IMG/VR virus record: IMGVR_UViG_3300033076_000593
Span: 3,719-67,718 of that record
DNA from: a virus
Lineage: Duplodnaviria; Caudoviricetes
DNA length: 64,000 bases
Reading direction: 5' to 3' (one strand)
Made by a program: the position numbers and the translations under genes. Below the pieces are notes generated by a model. That model saw only the letters and a list, made by a program, of their open reading frames with translations, had not been told where the DNA came from and searched no databases. Shown piece by piece: positions 28,701-36,921 of this stretch (positions are counted from its first letter, which is position 1; each line of letters starts with the position of its first letter).

Positions 28701-30290
28701 TTGCTTAAACTTACCAGTTTGAATACCTCTTTCGATGTATTTCAAGTCCATAAAATAAGCAACATCTTCGTTCAATTTATTGTAAAGATCATCAGCAGCT
28801 TTAGCTTTAGCCTGCTTTTCAAGCTCTACAACTTTTGAGAAATCATATTGAATAGGGTTGCCAAACTCATCTACCTCTGGTAATTTAATGTTTTGAACAT
28901 ATTCAGAGTTTGCAATCAAACGCTTTAAGTCATTCTGATTTCCAATAAAGAATTCTTTTGGAGAAACACCAATGCTACTCAAGATTTGAGCAGATTCAGA
29001 GACATTTATATTGTTGAAAAACTCTTCGTCAATGTTATCAACATGTGCATTGTTAGCAACTATTTGCTCTGCACTTTCCCTGTTTTTTCTTTTGTTAATC
29101 CCTTGAAAAAAAGTACCCTCTCCTGGGCGGCCAATTATACCTCCAATAATATTAAACTTGCCATCTAAATTTCTAGCTTGTTCTTTTTGAACCTCCTTGT
29201 TTTTCTTAATAGTACCTCTAAGAACATCCATAAATGTTTTAGGAGCTTCTTCACTAGATTTAGCAACAATTTCTTGCTCACCCATCAAACCCTCGATATT
29301 TCCTAAGTCGTATTGGCCTTGGTGCTTAGTTAAAGCTAAGTCTACAAGAGCTGTTGGAGAGTTTTCGTCCCAATTTGGATTGCTAGCTTTAATCTCTTCC
29401 TTAAGTTTAGTCTCTTCCTCGGCAGTCATCCCATGGAATAAAGAAACTGTCTTTCTATTAAGGTCATTCCACGCCTCGTCATTACCAGTGTAATTACGAA
29501 TTGTAGAAGAAGATTTTTTGATATAATCATTAAATACAGCGTCACCTACCTTACCAGTATAATTGTTTGCTGTCTTTACTACTTTGCTTACTTTGTTTGG
29601 AGAGTAGTCGTTATCCTCTTGCTCAGAGAAATAAACTATTTCATATGTGCCATCCCCATTATCCTTATACCCCAATACTTGGTCAACACCATACTCAGGC
29701 CCTTGTTGATCAACTGCTGGATCGTTTTTTCTTAAGAACGAGAACTTCTTTTGCTTCTCTTTCTTTTTACTTCCAGGTTTTTCTGGATCATCTATTTCAA
29801 TATCTTCCTCAACAACTTCAGGCTCTTCAAAAAACCCACCGCCTGTTGATTGAGATAATAAGTTACTAGCTTTAGTTTTAACGTCTTTTAAATCAGCTAC
29901 ATCCTGAACGAAATTCTGAGGAGCAGGAGCTGCAAATGTTTGTGTAGGCTCCGCCTGTGCAGGCTCACCTACATTGTCGATAACAGTACCTTGTTGGTTA
30001 TCAGCAGTAACCTGATCGGTTCCTTCTGTAGTCGCTAATGGCTGCTCTGTAGGCTGAGATAATTCTGCCTCTCCATCCTCTTTTTTTTTTCCAGAAATCA
30101 GATTATCAAAATCCGACAGAGTTTGTACACGCAAATGTTCAGGAGCGTCAGGAGAAAATTTTAATGCCTTTGCAATTCGAGTTTTATAAACATCATTGCT
30201 TGACAATAAAGTATCAAATTCTTCTTTATCAGAATTAATCTTACCACTTCTTTTCAAATACGAATACAATTCTTCTGTTTCTAAAGCCAT
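16734..30290 (-). CDS. 4518-aa polyvalent internal virion/DNA-ejection protein
   Basis: SAM-lyase-like domain, two HExxH zincins, HhH-GPD-like, ART-like and LPD23-like domains between helical regions; follows the pilot genes. Confidence 0.85.
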   Translation of the reverse strand: MALETEELYSYLKRSGKINSDKEEFDTLLSSNDVYKTRIAKALKFSPDAPEHLRVQTLSDFDNLISGKKKEDGEAELSQPTEQPLATTEGTDQVTADNQQGTVIDNVGEPAQAEPTQTFAAPAPQNFVQDVADLKDVKTKASNLLSQSTGGGFFEEPEVVEEDIEIDDPEKPGSKKKEKQKKFSFLRKNDPAVDQQGPEYGVDQVLGYKDNGDGTYEIVYFSEQEDNDYSPNKVSKVVKTANNYTGKVGDAVFNDYIKKSSSTIRNYTGNDEAWNDLNRKTVSLFHGMTAEEETKLKEEIKASNPNWDENSPTALVDLALTKHQGQYDLGNIEGLMGEQEIVAKSSEEAPKTFMDVLRGTIKKNKEVQKEQARNLDGKFNIIGGIIGRPGEGTFFQGINKRKNRESAEQIVANNAHVDNIDEEFFNNINVSESAQILSSIGVSPKEFFIGNQNDLKRLIANSEYVQNIKLPEVDEFGNPIQYDFSKVVELEKQAKAKAADDLYNKLNEDVAYFMDLKYIERGIQTGKFKQEDLDHMKQIHENDIANRAAGEMGKGYQADAQWAMNIRRAALNDVTSFYSASAYLKTDDLKASGALRTADKDSKRLERLNAKIAEEESKLGIDKAELDVNLQEIKKNNEIISGYDKSIKEIETEIAQYADIKDNQITLKDTEGSAKASKISADLNKLNTEVEKISEDLKQYYDIEGDGLRLKDGADEDKAQELLDLLNKKIGDLDKLQGELQPYLEKNEKGESYIKNENSVKVNELLEKQKQLIDERNKIAESSKSLGGDADKLQKFYDAHKDDYEEIAFLSSKLNTVSKDKGFADLKSIKATIDNLDINLRENPQYSVVNGGYSGAYAGAKIKEDEWNAYLKKSAKEDGFLESTAKTIVTANKGIGEGLLQTYNVIESVFTDDSNTWDEVDANMQNTEFRKTRWSEMAVNPYLEEYSGMWWYSNVISQMPNLLYNVGASMAGGAAGIITYNFLVMEGEMVKQFEDAGYDKGLAMLFGTLTAGTLASIEALVPELPDAVGITIKKNSAEIISRGLANGLTAQQISKTLLANAYEVTRNAGFKIFTHGLKESGEEMASGVTESTILNLADVKNDTLPEAAKEVLVQGAVGALIGTTSATITTAGQILSENTDKNAGLKFMQLEIGQNGKEILAQAEKRNADVKNTDQYKDFQKINNTYKELEKVVPFKKAGDLAKAEILDLYVQKQTLTKAIKEAEKLGVVDVESMAKIEEVDNKILASFNADKKRREAGESLANALSNLGVVSYSMNQDGTVKDVNFAPEISGGMVEENLPVAKELINTQLLKAREQANKQKQQEDAVQKSSTTEVLPGQPQKAGEEGGERTGMESSVQGEGTAQEGGKKEVVRDEAWDENAKNNLPESSFPDRKSFKETIRNGAFGMLTAWNPQRKALSDEENTQRNQAARTWLEERGYVPDEIFGKYDNSELSFFVPNLSREDAVAFAIEFDQESVATHDGLVYQDGSYHPRVKGNDKFESQDNYYSTINLGGKRQDFSIEYDFDTLLDKDGNKIETSNQENAQASTDDLINAVNNIVLDNANSKGYNVSDNNRAKELAKAAKTPYQKRIVDQAVKALKTLKSVLPNFDIIVFDNESDYADYAKSVKASADSKGLFTVFPGVEKGVIAINLQSANLRTVAHEMTHAVLFKMFGDSPKLFAQFKSKIAELAKGKKIKAIDENGVEMEISLDEFAEALASDEAYDDVTRAEEYVSELTAVLSQLNESDPNVKSFLKSVAEYINQLIAKYFGPELKPIDDTSSPEEIMEFFQTLANKVYYGGEIKYDGETRQVDKTSNKAQVEKLFKQKTPVFKSLIDISNYIEGWVNENKLFDDKIENVSDKEIVKKFSDHILKEINAWSSIKGSEYIGFYDEDIPDRLNPELQKFAQERYGRELTNEEISLYHIVSAFASPSADPEFDSSKGLEVFDKYMTTGTLSGYSDEQATEWEMGPKGRYDTGKPKFDEQGNVVYKQIAKAYAVDSLEKFNKVLEHFNNDIAKAVEWVLSKHSYEEISNMMGKPTTGPKAITENEYFDKENGGMGVFGITGVKLGSYILNRIGDYSTVTKDMWYARTMARLAGESLSEKGKALTSPWALTKSGLRKRKLADEAFAIVAKKLNSTPADVQQKIWDFEKRLYEKLGSIEKSSYASDGFKKKAKELSSKPATIKSKAQAKAGESLVDQAKLTKHMTEDGQGNYLFYHYSPNKISSIDPKYFGKNTARTGRDERPGLNISMYYTRPDVLDVSGKYGYVVRIPKDLVYPFNEDPLNLYDAAKATFDKMYPGQTFDPNKQAAFIAQEAAKLGYPMIVVKWGKDLRAETTEKMKGEFYQRPDKDYPSSIEFNPALEMFQANEIVDKETKNLPKSKAQIIGTIGAARMKNAKRLMYDLDVARLMEKEGKSKEEIRIQTNWERGADDLWRIEAPDGNLKTLVSEEGMVEIRKEYISKIVNEAIASGRSIGDYLAEKIAGGIDPSQELLESGVDKIFKGKFDNPKKPTVFRSKLTDIFDAPEIYKAYGSKEDSFESNTGFGGVKRKYSIKDIVVEFDPDYSSGEASIYYANDYIKPVITLSSKDALLPSVLIGNIIHELQHYIQGREFFEQGANPESITDEVIHVLSYLQNQVKEKEREIEGARNWSNIEALSEQSVRYIQSRQNTIDTIKKRIEETIRSTDQANAKENAKSGREKEREGIITSASKYEYYQSSAGETEARNAARRNRLSDEEKMAKTLESTEDIARKDQLLLRIYSPRSKAQAINNKKLSYVETLAEAGLTEADVKKWKDDNKVSNRQKRNPDVQEAAVQLKEGKIKPSTFIDIVRKNMPIIPMLEVPKLPTIKEIVSSLTSNKVEIGIVGLNIDLQDGDEVALRLDIPAYNDYNVYVVSVHESAGRTIRGKSIGYGQTAVIKNVSFGVEPLAALNIATGKEKTTIARIYGNWVNESPESVHARAEELMNDPNWVQVGMNPFRHSFFYDKADGMPVVSAEEVVQVGALVLAKNVVKGTPEDSTYELTTKEGVTTKFQMKNSDKLEYVLLLDESANKVKKGAGILNTVNDLIAKVRKIKGFRDMSAWKKREFEDNIERDLKNKLAEEIAIVAKIYSEMDGSSKSIAIDKAFADATKDGMEFFTVDELKNAVNAQWDKINKAELKAKRGDERPDVFKLKEKLKEAKEELAKTKEDFKQAKTAEKNKRNSFRYFVKEYLKLAKLSGLNSQQISAIVNRATGAITSLTDKQIDNFMQYVDKIVANKEFAAKMDALASNRKMALKRRHNEFTEDVLRFLSIPLFDTDNNPLLTDAEMDRYLDAVARLAKPIPDHTGLDMSLADKAFSADLGKKEFELVDYTDALTEIKAMTIDDLDQYTAFVRAVNKAKRILDSLYNQGLIDAATHEQMASGDLYTMENGLRVYEDGHQDQIDILKEGLTDDLFQKIANITTNDLFVGEQKSLFEKLRSLSASELMNLDVKDLLKLNEALDRMEYGFMPEKEVREMVNRVEIRSQKAGLRIVDQLGDIYNKLTKGVNLLMRKLSSEEAAQWEDVLGLKEGDALYQFVIAPVDRAFKKMSDKVNQILDSYYKKTADLSFANRKFLFLRDRVKTANGSVNAKKYFKHRVGILSHILDSGHKAYQYNEKTNDWLGNQLKEDSATRAIYDEEGVLNIVEDVYNNLLSNPAFVTDGKLDYRKIYEAFINDPSSVMSDSEQKLYAAFREANRTSGELIINANAVRGVNGELTEFYSPRRYIGKGISEDSDVELGYGGAVGGTVRSQSSYSRVSKDPAGPLQFNVDSLVANNAFEAARDFYISNAISYVNDVFRNAREAARSEGREADIKTLNAIQQSNRNRVDHQLSRSANNFLTKLTKAFAAKLLIGVARSTAETLTNLGSGVLRTLSFKGLNPKAYREATNLMNKFGSPVLNLNWDFKAKVTTKKGNVTKNIFSQQLENTLATLHNLTAPLTPGEWMSYFRAEFKRLTGEDYSESKHFDDNDYKYDLDRAASFADQRIQSIKGGSFKGQARTNYRWIPDLFSVPKMALTGKGSKSDVGRGLVSSNDTVAQMLNLFNNFVYRDVSNLQYGAKRAARGITKEDRMKNGADLGRGLFKVATSSASLTMYVVIFAVTKGIQKAYFSDDDKEKKEGEETLEMFTNPDKMWKMIASMGINLAANVTTSRYGASGRAMAISMLQFARNMKGADKQSIDEVLQSLYFTEGIDFEKYNAIEKTAAMLFATSVPPVYMLLQETQKLYKDYLDEPGHNKATIYDLWEEGGKLFNDETADLNKMLSASIMATNLILAIEGKQIPFSRDFIKSLQNEAAIQQDVVIMSSDGKYNLVAGVLDFDQNGIGVLSVQDNSKFVSAEKKKLRSEALTQEATMLFKNYIQDEIKNNRYALKDRNDEGKYAVIKFLAEKAKFDAKKKLKYDVDPTSYPKLDFDNLTFFDDIASGKFLEGFAKEEYDQEVTDYITKSIESDSDYSMYEASEAGGQQAMEKYYYDLYQYEKKLTNVKPIKTNYYKVKDKKIESK

Positions 30291-30298
30291 ATCATTAT

Positions 30299-31789
30299 TT
30301 ATTTGAATTTAGCACCATTACTTTTCCAAAACGCCCACATATCAGGATCGCTCACATTTGCGTTTAATTGATTTGCAAATAGGATTGCGTTATTTGCTGC
30401 AATGTTTTTAAGAGTTGGTTTATCAGACCACAAGAAAACGATAATATCGTCATTTAAATCTTCAGGATCACCACCCTCTAATACACCAACAAGATCTCCT
30501 GACGCGGTATGTTTCACCGAAGTGATTTTTCCTTTTATAGTTTCTCCTTTAGTGTTTTTGTATGAATTTGCTGTCATTGCTTGACCAGCAGCTAAACTAT
30601 CTGTAATAGTCATCTCTTCGTCAGCAGATAATCCAAGAACATCTGAATTCACTTTAATAGAACCGTCTCCCTCTAAAGAATAAACATATTTATTTGATAA
30701 ATCTGAACTAATAGTTGAGTTCATTGCATCAACATCAGCTTGAGTAAATGCGGTTCCATCTTTCTTTTTAATACTTATTGTTCCATTTGTAGTGCCTCCC
30801 GTCAAATCATAATCAACATTATTAAAGTCAATAGGATTATTAGCAATACTTGTCGCAGGAAGAATTTGAGTTGTCCCAACTACTGGAGTTTTATTTGTGT
30901 TGTCAATCTTAATGCTAATCTTGCCAGAATTAGGATCTCTGTACAACTCTTGAGTAGAGTTTTTCATTTGAACTTTATTAGAAACTAAACTTTCTAAATA
31001 ATCATCAAAATCATCATATCCCCCATATTCTTTTGTGTCTAAAATATTTTTTTCTTTTTTAAATTCAAAAATAGCTCTTGCTTTCTGTATTTCTGGATTA
31101 GCATTTAAATCTGTAATAATTTTAGGAATATCCTCTTCATTTATTTTATTCTCTAATTGCAAAATTTCATCCTTACTTTTCTTTGAAAAATCAGCTGTTT
31201 GCAAATCAACAACGTATTTATCTAGTCCAGCTGCTTTAACACCACTTTCTATCGCATCACTTAATTTAGGCACTGCTGTTAATAAATCTCTGTTTGCATC
31301 ATATTCCGAAATAGCCTCTTGGATCCCTTCAATTGTTGGGTTGTCTGTAATTTTATCGTGAAAATAATTAAAGATATCGTTATCAGCACCTTTAATGCTA
31401 TTTATTCCTTTCATTTGATTAGCGATTCCAGCCATTCTAGCTTGAAAGTCATGGAGAGAGTTTATATCTGACTGCAAAGCCTTTCCTATAGGTGATGTAG
31501 CATCGTGTATAGGAAGCTCTGAAGCACCTGCCTCAGCGTAAGTGTCCATTATTTGATCAGCTCTTTTTCTAATAGCTTCGTTTAATGTTGCGTCTGGAGT
31601 TAAATCAGCTTTTGCAACTTTAACTCCAGTTAATGCAGCGTCATTTTTAGTTTTTAAAGCTTTTTTCTGCTCAAGATCATACTTAAGCTTAGCTTCCTGT
31701 CTACTAGCCATGCTTTCCATTTTACCACCAATGTCGGTAGGCTGGTAGACATATGCTGAAGGAATATTTGCGTTATTTTCTAATGCCAT
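30299..31789 (-). CDS. probable internal virion/ejection protein
   Basis: Helical 496-aa protein between pilot and giant genes. Confidence 0.6.
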   Translation of the reverse strand: MALENNANIPSAYVYQPTDIGGKMESMASRQEAKLKYDLEQKKALKTKNDAALTGVKVAKADLTPDATLNEAIRKRADQIMDTYAEAGASELPIHDATSPIGKALQSDINSLHDFQARMAGIANQMKGINSIKGADNDIFNYFHDKITDNPTIEGIQEAISEYDANRDLLTAVPKLSDAIESGVKAAGLDKYVVDLQTADFSKKSKDEILQLENKINEEDIPKIITDLNANPEIQKARAIFEFKKEKNILDTKEYGGYDDFDDYLESLVSNKVQMKNSTQELYRDPNSGKISIKIDNTNKTPVVGTTQILPATSIANNPIDFNNVDYDLTGGTTNGTISIKKKDGTAFTQADVDAMNSTISSDLSNKYVYSLEGDGSIKVNSDVLGLSADEEMTITDSLAAGQAMTANSYKNTKGETIKGKITSVKHTASGDLVGVLEGGDPEDLNDDIIVFLWSDKPTLKNIAANNAILFANQLNANVSDPDMWAFWKSNGAKFK

Positions 31790-31791
31790 TA

Positions 31792-32508
31792 TTACTGGAT
31801 TTTATATTGTGGATATGCTTCGATCAAAGCCTTTCCATAACCTGAAGTAGGGCCGCCACCTTCTTTTAATTTTAAATTAAAAGTAGCTTCATCATAACCC
31901 AAATCTTGAAGTCCTTTAATAATTGTAGGATCTAGATTTATTGATTGAGCAGATATTGCAGAGCCTATAGTATCAAAGCCAGAAGCAATACCACCACCGA
32001 TATTAGTAGCTCCAGCTGCTTTTAAATCTGCAATCTGCTGTTGTTTTTGCATATAAGGTTGTAATTGATTAACCTCAAATGCTTTATCAGCGTAATTTTG
32101 TAATCCTGCTACACCACTTAAGTAATTTTGCTGCAAACCTAATTTAGTTTGAGCAGCTTGACCTAAAATATCAGCATAAGATTGCATTCCAGATGCATTG
32201 GCCTGAACCAAAGCTCCAAGACCAGCAGCTCCAGAAGGAGCCATATTTGCAATGTTTTGAGTAGTATTAGCTAAGTTTTGATTAACACCTTGAAGTTGTT
32301 GAGTAACTCCAGGAGCTTCACCTTGAGCTAGAGCAAGTTGACCTGCTACAGCTCTTTTAGCATCGTTATATTGATATTGTGGTTGAGGGCCTAGCTTTTT
32401 CTGAAGTTGATTACCTTTTACAGTTTGATAAACACCGTAACCAATCTGACCAGCAGCTTGAATAGCTCCAGCCCATCCTAACGGACCTAATCCTTCTGTT
32501 CCTGCCAT
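31792..32508 (-). CDS. DNA pilot-type internal virion protein
   Basis: G/A/Q-rich with hydrophobic GA stretches. Confidence 0.65.
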   Translation of the reverse strand: MAGTEGLGPLGWAGAIQAAGQIGYGVYQTVKGNQLQKKLGPQPQYQYNDAKRAVAGQLALAQGEAPGVTQQLQGVNQNLANTTQNIANMAPSGAAGLGALVQANASGMQSYADILGQAAQTKLGLQQNYLSGVAGLQNYADKAFEVNQLQPYMQKQQQIADLKAAGATNIGGGIASGFDTIGSAISAQSINLDPTIIKGLQDLGYDEATFNLKLKEGGGPTSGYGKALIEAYPQYKIQ

Positions 32509-32524
32509 GACTTGTAAATTTATT

Positions 32525-32532
32525 CAAATATA
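32525..32532 (-). promoter_or_regulatory. TAnnTTTG promoter for ejection-protein genes
   Basis: Reverse complement TATATTTG. Confidence 0.6.
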
Positions 32533-32541
32533 CAAAAAAAT

Positions 32542-35500
32542 CTATTGCATCAAAGGTTCGGACGGAACAAAATTTATATTTGTTGAGAACAATATCATTT
32601 TATTATCCGTAACGCTATTGGTCATGTGGTGTTTTAAAACATAACCTCTTAGCTCTCTTCCGTTCAATCTTTTTAATTGCCCTAATAAGAATGGGTTAGG
32701 ATCTCCTGAATCTCTAAAATATTTAGATACATAGTAAGATTCTTGATTTCTAAAATTAGCAATCGATATAGTTGACTCCATTCCGTCAGGATATTGATTG
32801 GTTGGAGGTATGTTAACTTCAACATTAAACGGCATATTTGACTGAGTCATGAATGTCAAAAACCTTTTTACTATTGTTGGATTTGAGTTGAATATGAATT
32901 GAATTTCTTGAGTTTTAACATCTCCAAAAAATGTTAGTTCCGCATTCCCTTTATCTTCCTCATACAATTTACCCATATTTAATGTGGGAAAACCACCAAC
33001 GGTGTACGCTCTATTACCAAATTGAGTTGCCCACAATACGGGTTGATACACATAAGAAGACCATCTCTGTCTATTAAAAGAGTAAACAATTGCCTCTGTA
33101 GATATGTCTGCGTTAGGCATTATTGTTATAGTACCTGGACTTTTTAACTCTTGATTTGCAAAAGTACCTACAACTGTGATATTTGTTTTTCCTGCATTAA
33201 AGGTAGAGAAAGCGACTGAATAAGTTCCGTTATTAGCCACATAATCAGCATCTGTTATAATGAATACTACTCCCTCTTGAAAAATTGAGGTGTAATTTCC
33301 AGATATCTGAATACTGTTAGTTAAAAATATAGCAAAGTCTGTAAGTTGTGTACTATTTGGTATATTATCTAAATTAGATCCTGCGTATAAAATATATTCA
33401 CCATTCGATCTGTTAATGTGAGAAGTTATATTAATAGGCTCTCCATTGTCAGATTCATATTCACGAATAAGCTCAGTAAAGTTTCGAATACCTACAGAAA
33501 ACTTACGCTCACCGTCACATATATTAACTAATCCACCTTGTGTAGCTTGAACCGCTGCTGCATTATAAAAGTCGTAGAAGAATACATTGTTTTCAACTTT
33601 AGCTACAGATCCTGGGTGTATACATCCGTAGTCATCGTCATGAGGTCGAACACCTGCAAAAGTCTTATCGGAGAGAATCACATTATTTGTTCCGTCTCCA
33701 TTAAGAGCAAATGCTTTTTGAATGTAGACAGAGGTAATTTTTTTATCTTGGAACGCCTTGAGAGTATCTCCAATTTGCATCAATCTATTAATACCTCCAT
33801 GCTCGTCTTTTAATACAACATTGTTGAAAAACTCTATCCGACTCAAACCATTTATTTGAGTGTTATCAATAAGAGCGTTGGTGTGGTAAATTGATGCCTT
33901 TAATCGTTGTTGTTTAGCAAATGGAGAGAATAGTCCTAAACGACCTTTGTTATTCCAATTGGAAGTATAGAAGTCAGAGTAGTGAGGATCTTCACAAAAC
34001 CAAGCAGCGACATTATCGTTAGCGTCTCCAATATTTGCAGAACCTCCTAAATATTGATATCCTGTAGACATCACTCTTTGTCGAATATAAACGTCTCCAC
34101 AATTTAAATAAACTTCTCCTTCGCCAGTACCATATACTTGTGGTACATCACCACCATGAGATCTTGTAGATGTGTGAGGATTAATTATAGGAAACTCTAC
34201 ACCTACTTCATACCAAGGATCGTTTTCACTTTCTTTTTTAGGCGTGTAAATTTCAATTTGAAAACCACCAGTACAAATAGCTCGATTTGGATCTGTTCCG
34301 CTAAATACCAAATATTCTCCTAATAAATTAGAATCAAAATTATTTACAGTTATAGTTTCAGAACTTGTAGGGCTTCCTGGATCGTACTCTAAAACATTCA
34401 ATTCTTGATCCAAGTTAGACTCTTGAGTTACATAAGGTGGGTAATATTGATATGTATCGTAATCAGCTGTTTGCAAACTTATATCGTAATTGCTGTTAAG
34501 GGTTGAAATTGTCAATGTTGTTGGGAAAGAAGCAACTAAATTAACTTGACAATAAAATGAAACTGTTTGACCAGCTGTTAATGATATGTCAGCATTTCCT
34601 GCAAGTTGAGAAAAAGAATATGAATTAGATGTATATGTTACCGAAGATGACGCTAGAACAATATCACTTCCAGGCACATCTGCCATAATCTGTACAGTAG
34701 CCCCAGTAGCAGGTGTTCCTAAAAAACTAAAATTAACAGCTGTAAAAACTTCAAATTTATATGTGTCTGTCGATGGAGCCGTAAATACTCCTAAAATTAA
34801 ATTATTTCCAGGATCGTAATTTTCAGACACATAACTGCTTAAGTTTAAATAACCAGTGTTGCCAGTCGAAGCGTATGGAATAGATACTGAATTTGAGTTT
34901 GCTCTAAATAGGCAAATTGGAGCGGCATCTTTTGTGAATAAAGCTCTTTTTCTAACAAACCTAACAAAATCACCTTTAGATGGTGTTTGATTTATAGAAG
35001 CTCCTAATATTTGTTCTTTGTAATAATTTTCTAAAATAAGTTTAACGGTAGAGTCAGCATTAAAAACAACTTCTTTAACAGACCTTTGTTGAAAATTAGC
35101 AATATTAGTTGAAGGTTTGTATAATATTTGATATGTATCTGCCCACATTGGTGGCTGATAAGAAGCTGCAATTAACAAATTAATTTGACTAAAATATGGT
35201 TTTCTATTAAGTCCAATAATTTGATTTAATTGATTGTCGCTAAGGTCAGTATTAAAAGGGACGTAAACTTCTCCAGCAGGCACTGTTAAAACTGTACCAT
35301 CTCTATTTGCTCTGTCATAATACTGAAAAGCAAATTCATGCTTTGCGCCAGATTTAAATGTTCTTACTGCTTTATTTTCTCTAAATACTGTTATTTTACC
35401 ATTAGTATCTTGAGTCATTTGAGTTTGAGTTCTATTATACCAAGTATGTCCTAATACTTTTAATGTAGGACATAATACTGATGGGTTCCATGAACTAGCA

Positions 35501-36918
35501 GACATCACTGTTGAGGAAATGCCAAAAGTTAAAAGATATGTTTGTAGCTCAACACATAATTGATATAATTTAAGCTGATCTGTCGTATAAATACTTGGAT
35601 CTATGTAAGGCACTTTAAAATATATTGTAGGAATTACAGATACTGTACTTGGCATTGTTGCTCCAGTAATATATTTTTTTAATTGTATTATTAAAATATC
35701 CCCCGTTTCGTATCTATATTTTATAAAACTATCTCCAATAGGATTAAATGAAATATAGAGATTGTTTGCCGTGCCAGTTATATTATCACAATAGAATGAA
35801 GCTAACGGATAAGTAAATGCTGTATTGTCTATGGCATATCTTTCCACAGAAAATGCAACATCACTATCGGTAATCTCCTGCTTGTCATATCCTTCTACAT
35901 AGTTACCAATTGCAAACTCATTAGACGGCAAATATTCAATTGTTTTTGCAATCTGAGGAATTAGGTCGTAGTTTCTTTCTGAGTTGCTTATTGCAGGTCC
36001 AGAGGTCTCGTTCTTAAAGTTAATTGTTGATGATGAATAGCTAGACCAACCTAATTGATTTTTATCATATTCTTTATACAAGAAAAACTCTCCTGTATTC
36101 CCAATCCGATATGCAACTCGAATTAAACGAACAATTGAAGGACCTGTCTCAATGTCAATTCTTATTGTATTGTCTAAATACGGATCTATATTTACGGTTT
36201 GGCTAATGTATTCAGAATTATTTGGTAATACCATTTCTGATATGGGAGACCATGCAGATTCTTCATTATCATCGTAAATGTACTGATAACGGAACTGAAA
36301 TAATTTATTTTTTAAATTATTAGAATTTTCTGTTGTATCCGTGTCGTATACAAATGTTGGTGAAAATAGAGGTGGATGTTTAATCCAGTCTAAATTATTG
36401 AACGTAATTTCAGAATATCCATTTGGATCTGTGCCTCCAGATTGTGTGTATAAAATTGCCTTTTGGATATTAATTTTACGAGGAGGATTAAACTGATTGT
36501 TTGTGTAAGTCTTGAAAAAATTATCAGTCCAATAAAGCAAATTGTTTACAACAGCAGCGTGATATATTTGGTTTTCTTTTTGGAAGTTTAATAAAGAATC
36601 TTGCAGTACTAGTTCGTACTGAGCATCTTCAACTGTGTATCTCCATATAGAATGATCTGTGTACTGATTCCAAACAAATAAGATGATTGCCTTACGCTCT
36701 ACGTCTTCGCAAGAGCCTATAACAATATTAACACCTGCGGCTAGTTGAGTATTATCTTGTAGCAGGTTACCAGTCATAGATTGCAAAGCTCCTTCCGATG
36801 GAGAGTTTACTCCATAATTTCTAGAATATGCTGCATATCTATAATCACCATTAGGGATAAGACGATCCTCATCGTCTGTATTCATACCTCCGTTAAAAAA
36901 TACTCCTTGTTGATACAT
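32542..36918 (-). CDS. tail stabilization/muzzle protein (P22 gp10/crAss-like)
   Basis: N-terminal FNGGMNTD.....IPNGDYR.A..R motif; position after ring genes. Confidence 0.75.
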   Translation of the reverse strand: MYQQGVFFNGGMNTDDEDRLIPNGDYRYAAYSRNYGVNSPSEGALQSMTGNLLQDNTQLAAGVNIVIGSCEDVERKAIILFVWNQYTDHSIWRYTVEDAQYELVLQDSLLNFQKENQIYHAAVVNNLLYWTDNFFKTYTNNQFNPPRKINIQKAILYTQSGGTDPNGYSEITFNNLDWIKHPPLFSPTFVYDTDTTENSNNLKNKLFQFRYQYIYDDNEESAWSPISEMVLPNNSEYISQTVNIDPYLDNTIRIDIETGPSIVRLIRVAYRIGNTGEFFLYKEYDKNQLGWSSYSSSTINFKNETSGPAISNSERNYDLIPQIAKTIEYLPSNEFAIGNYVEGYDKQEITDSDVAFSVERYAIDNTAFTYPLASFYCDNITGTANNLYISFNPIGDSFIKYRYETGDILIIQLKKYITGATMPSTVSVIPTIYFKVPYIDPSIYTTDQLKLYQLCVELQTYLLTFGISSTVMSASSWNPSVLCPTLKVLGHTWYNRTQTQMTQDTNGKITVFRENKAVRTFKSGAKHEFAFQYYDRANRDGTVLTVPAGEVYVPFNTDLSDNQLNQIIGLNRKPYFSQINLLIAASYQPPMWADTYQILYKPSTNIANFQQRSVKEVVFNADSTVKLILENYYKEQILGASINQTPSKGDFVRFVRKRALFTKDAAPICLFRANSNSVSIPYASTGNTGYLNLSSYVSENYDPGNNLILGVFTAPSTDTYKFEVFTAVNFSFLGTPATGATVQIMADVPGSDIVLASSSVTYTSNSYSFSQLAGNADISLTAGQTVSFYCQVNLVASFPTTLTISTLNSNYDISLQTADYDTYQYYPPYVTQESNLDQELNVLEYDPGSPTSSETITVNNFDSNLLGEYLVFSGTDPNRAICTGGFQIEIYTPKKESENDPWYEVGVEFPIINPHTSTRSHGGDVPQVYGTGEGEVYLNCGDVYIRQRVMSTGYQYLGGSANIGDANDNVAAWFCEDPHYSDFYTSNWNNKGRLGLFSPFAKQQRLKASIYHTNALIDNTQINGLSRIEFFNNVVLKDEHGGINRLMQIGDTLKAFQDKKITSVYIQKAFALNGDGTNNVILSDKTFAGVRPHDDDYGCIHPGSVAKVENNVFFYDFYNAAAVQATQGGLVNICDGERKFSVGIRNFTELIREYESDNGEPINITSHINRSNGEYILYAGSNLDNIPNSTQLTDFAIFLTNSIQISGNYTSIFQEGVVFIITDADYVANNGTYSVAFSTFNAGKTNITVVGTFANQELKSPGTITIMPNADISTEAIVYSFNRQRWSSYVYQPVLWATQFGNRAYTVGGFPTLNMGKLYEEDKGNAELTFFGDVKTQEIQFIFNSNPTIVKRFLTFMTQSNMPFNVEVNIPPTNQYPDGMESTISIANFRNQESYYVSKYFRDSGDPNPFLLGQLKRLNGRELRGYVLKHHMTNSVTDNKMILFSTNINFVPSEPLMQ

Positions 36919-36921
36919 ATC

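Noticed and set aside
16734-30290. Virion RNA polymerase in the giant protein
   Set aside because: No NADFDGD/DxDGD-type catalytic motif was found by eye.
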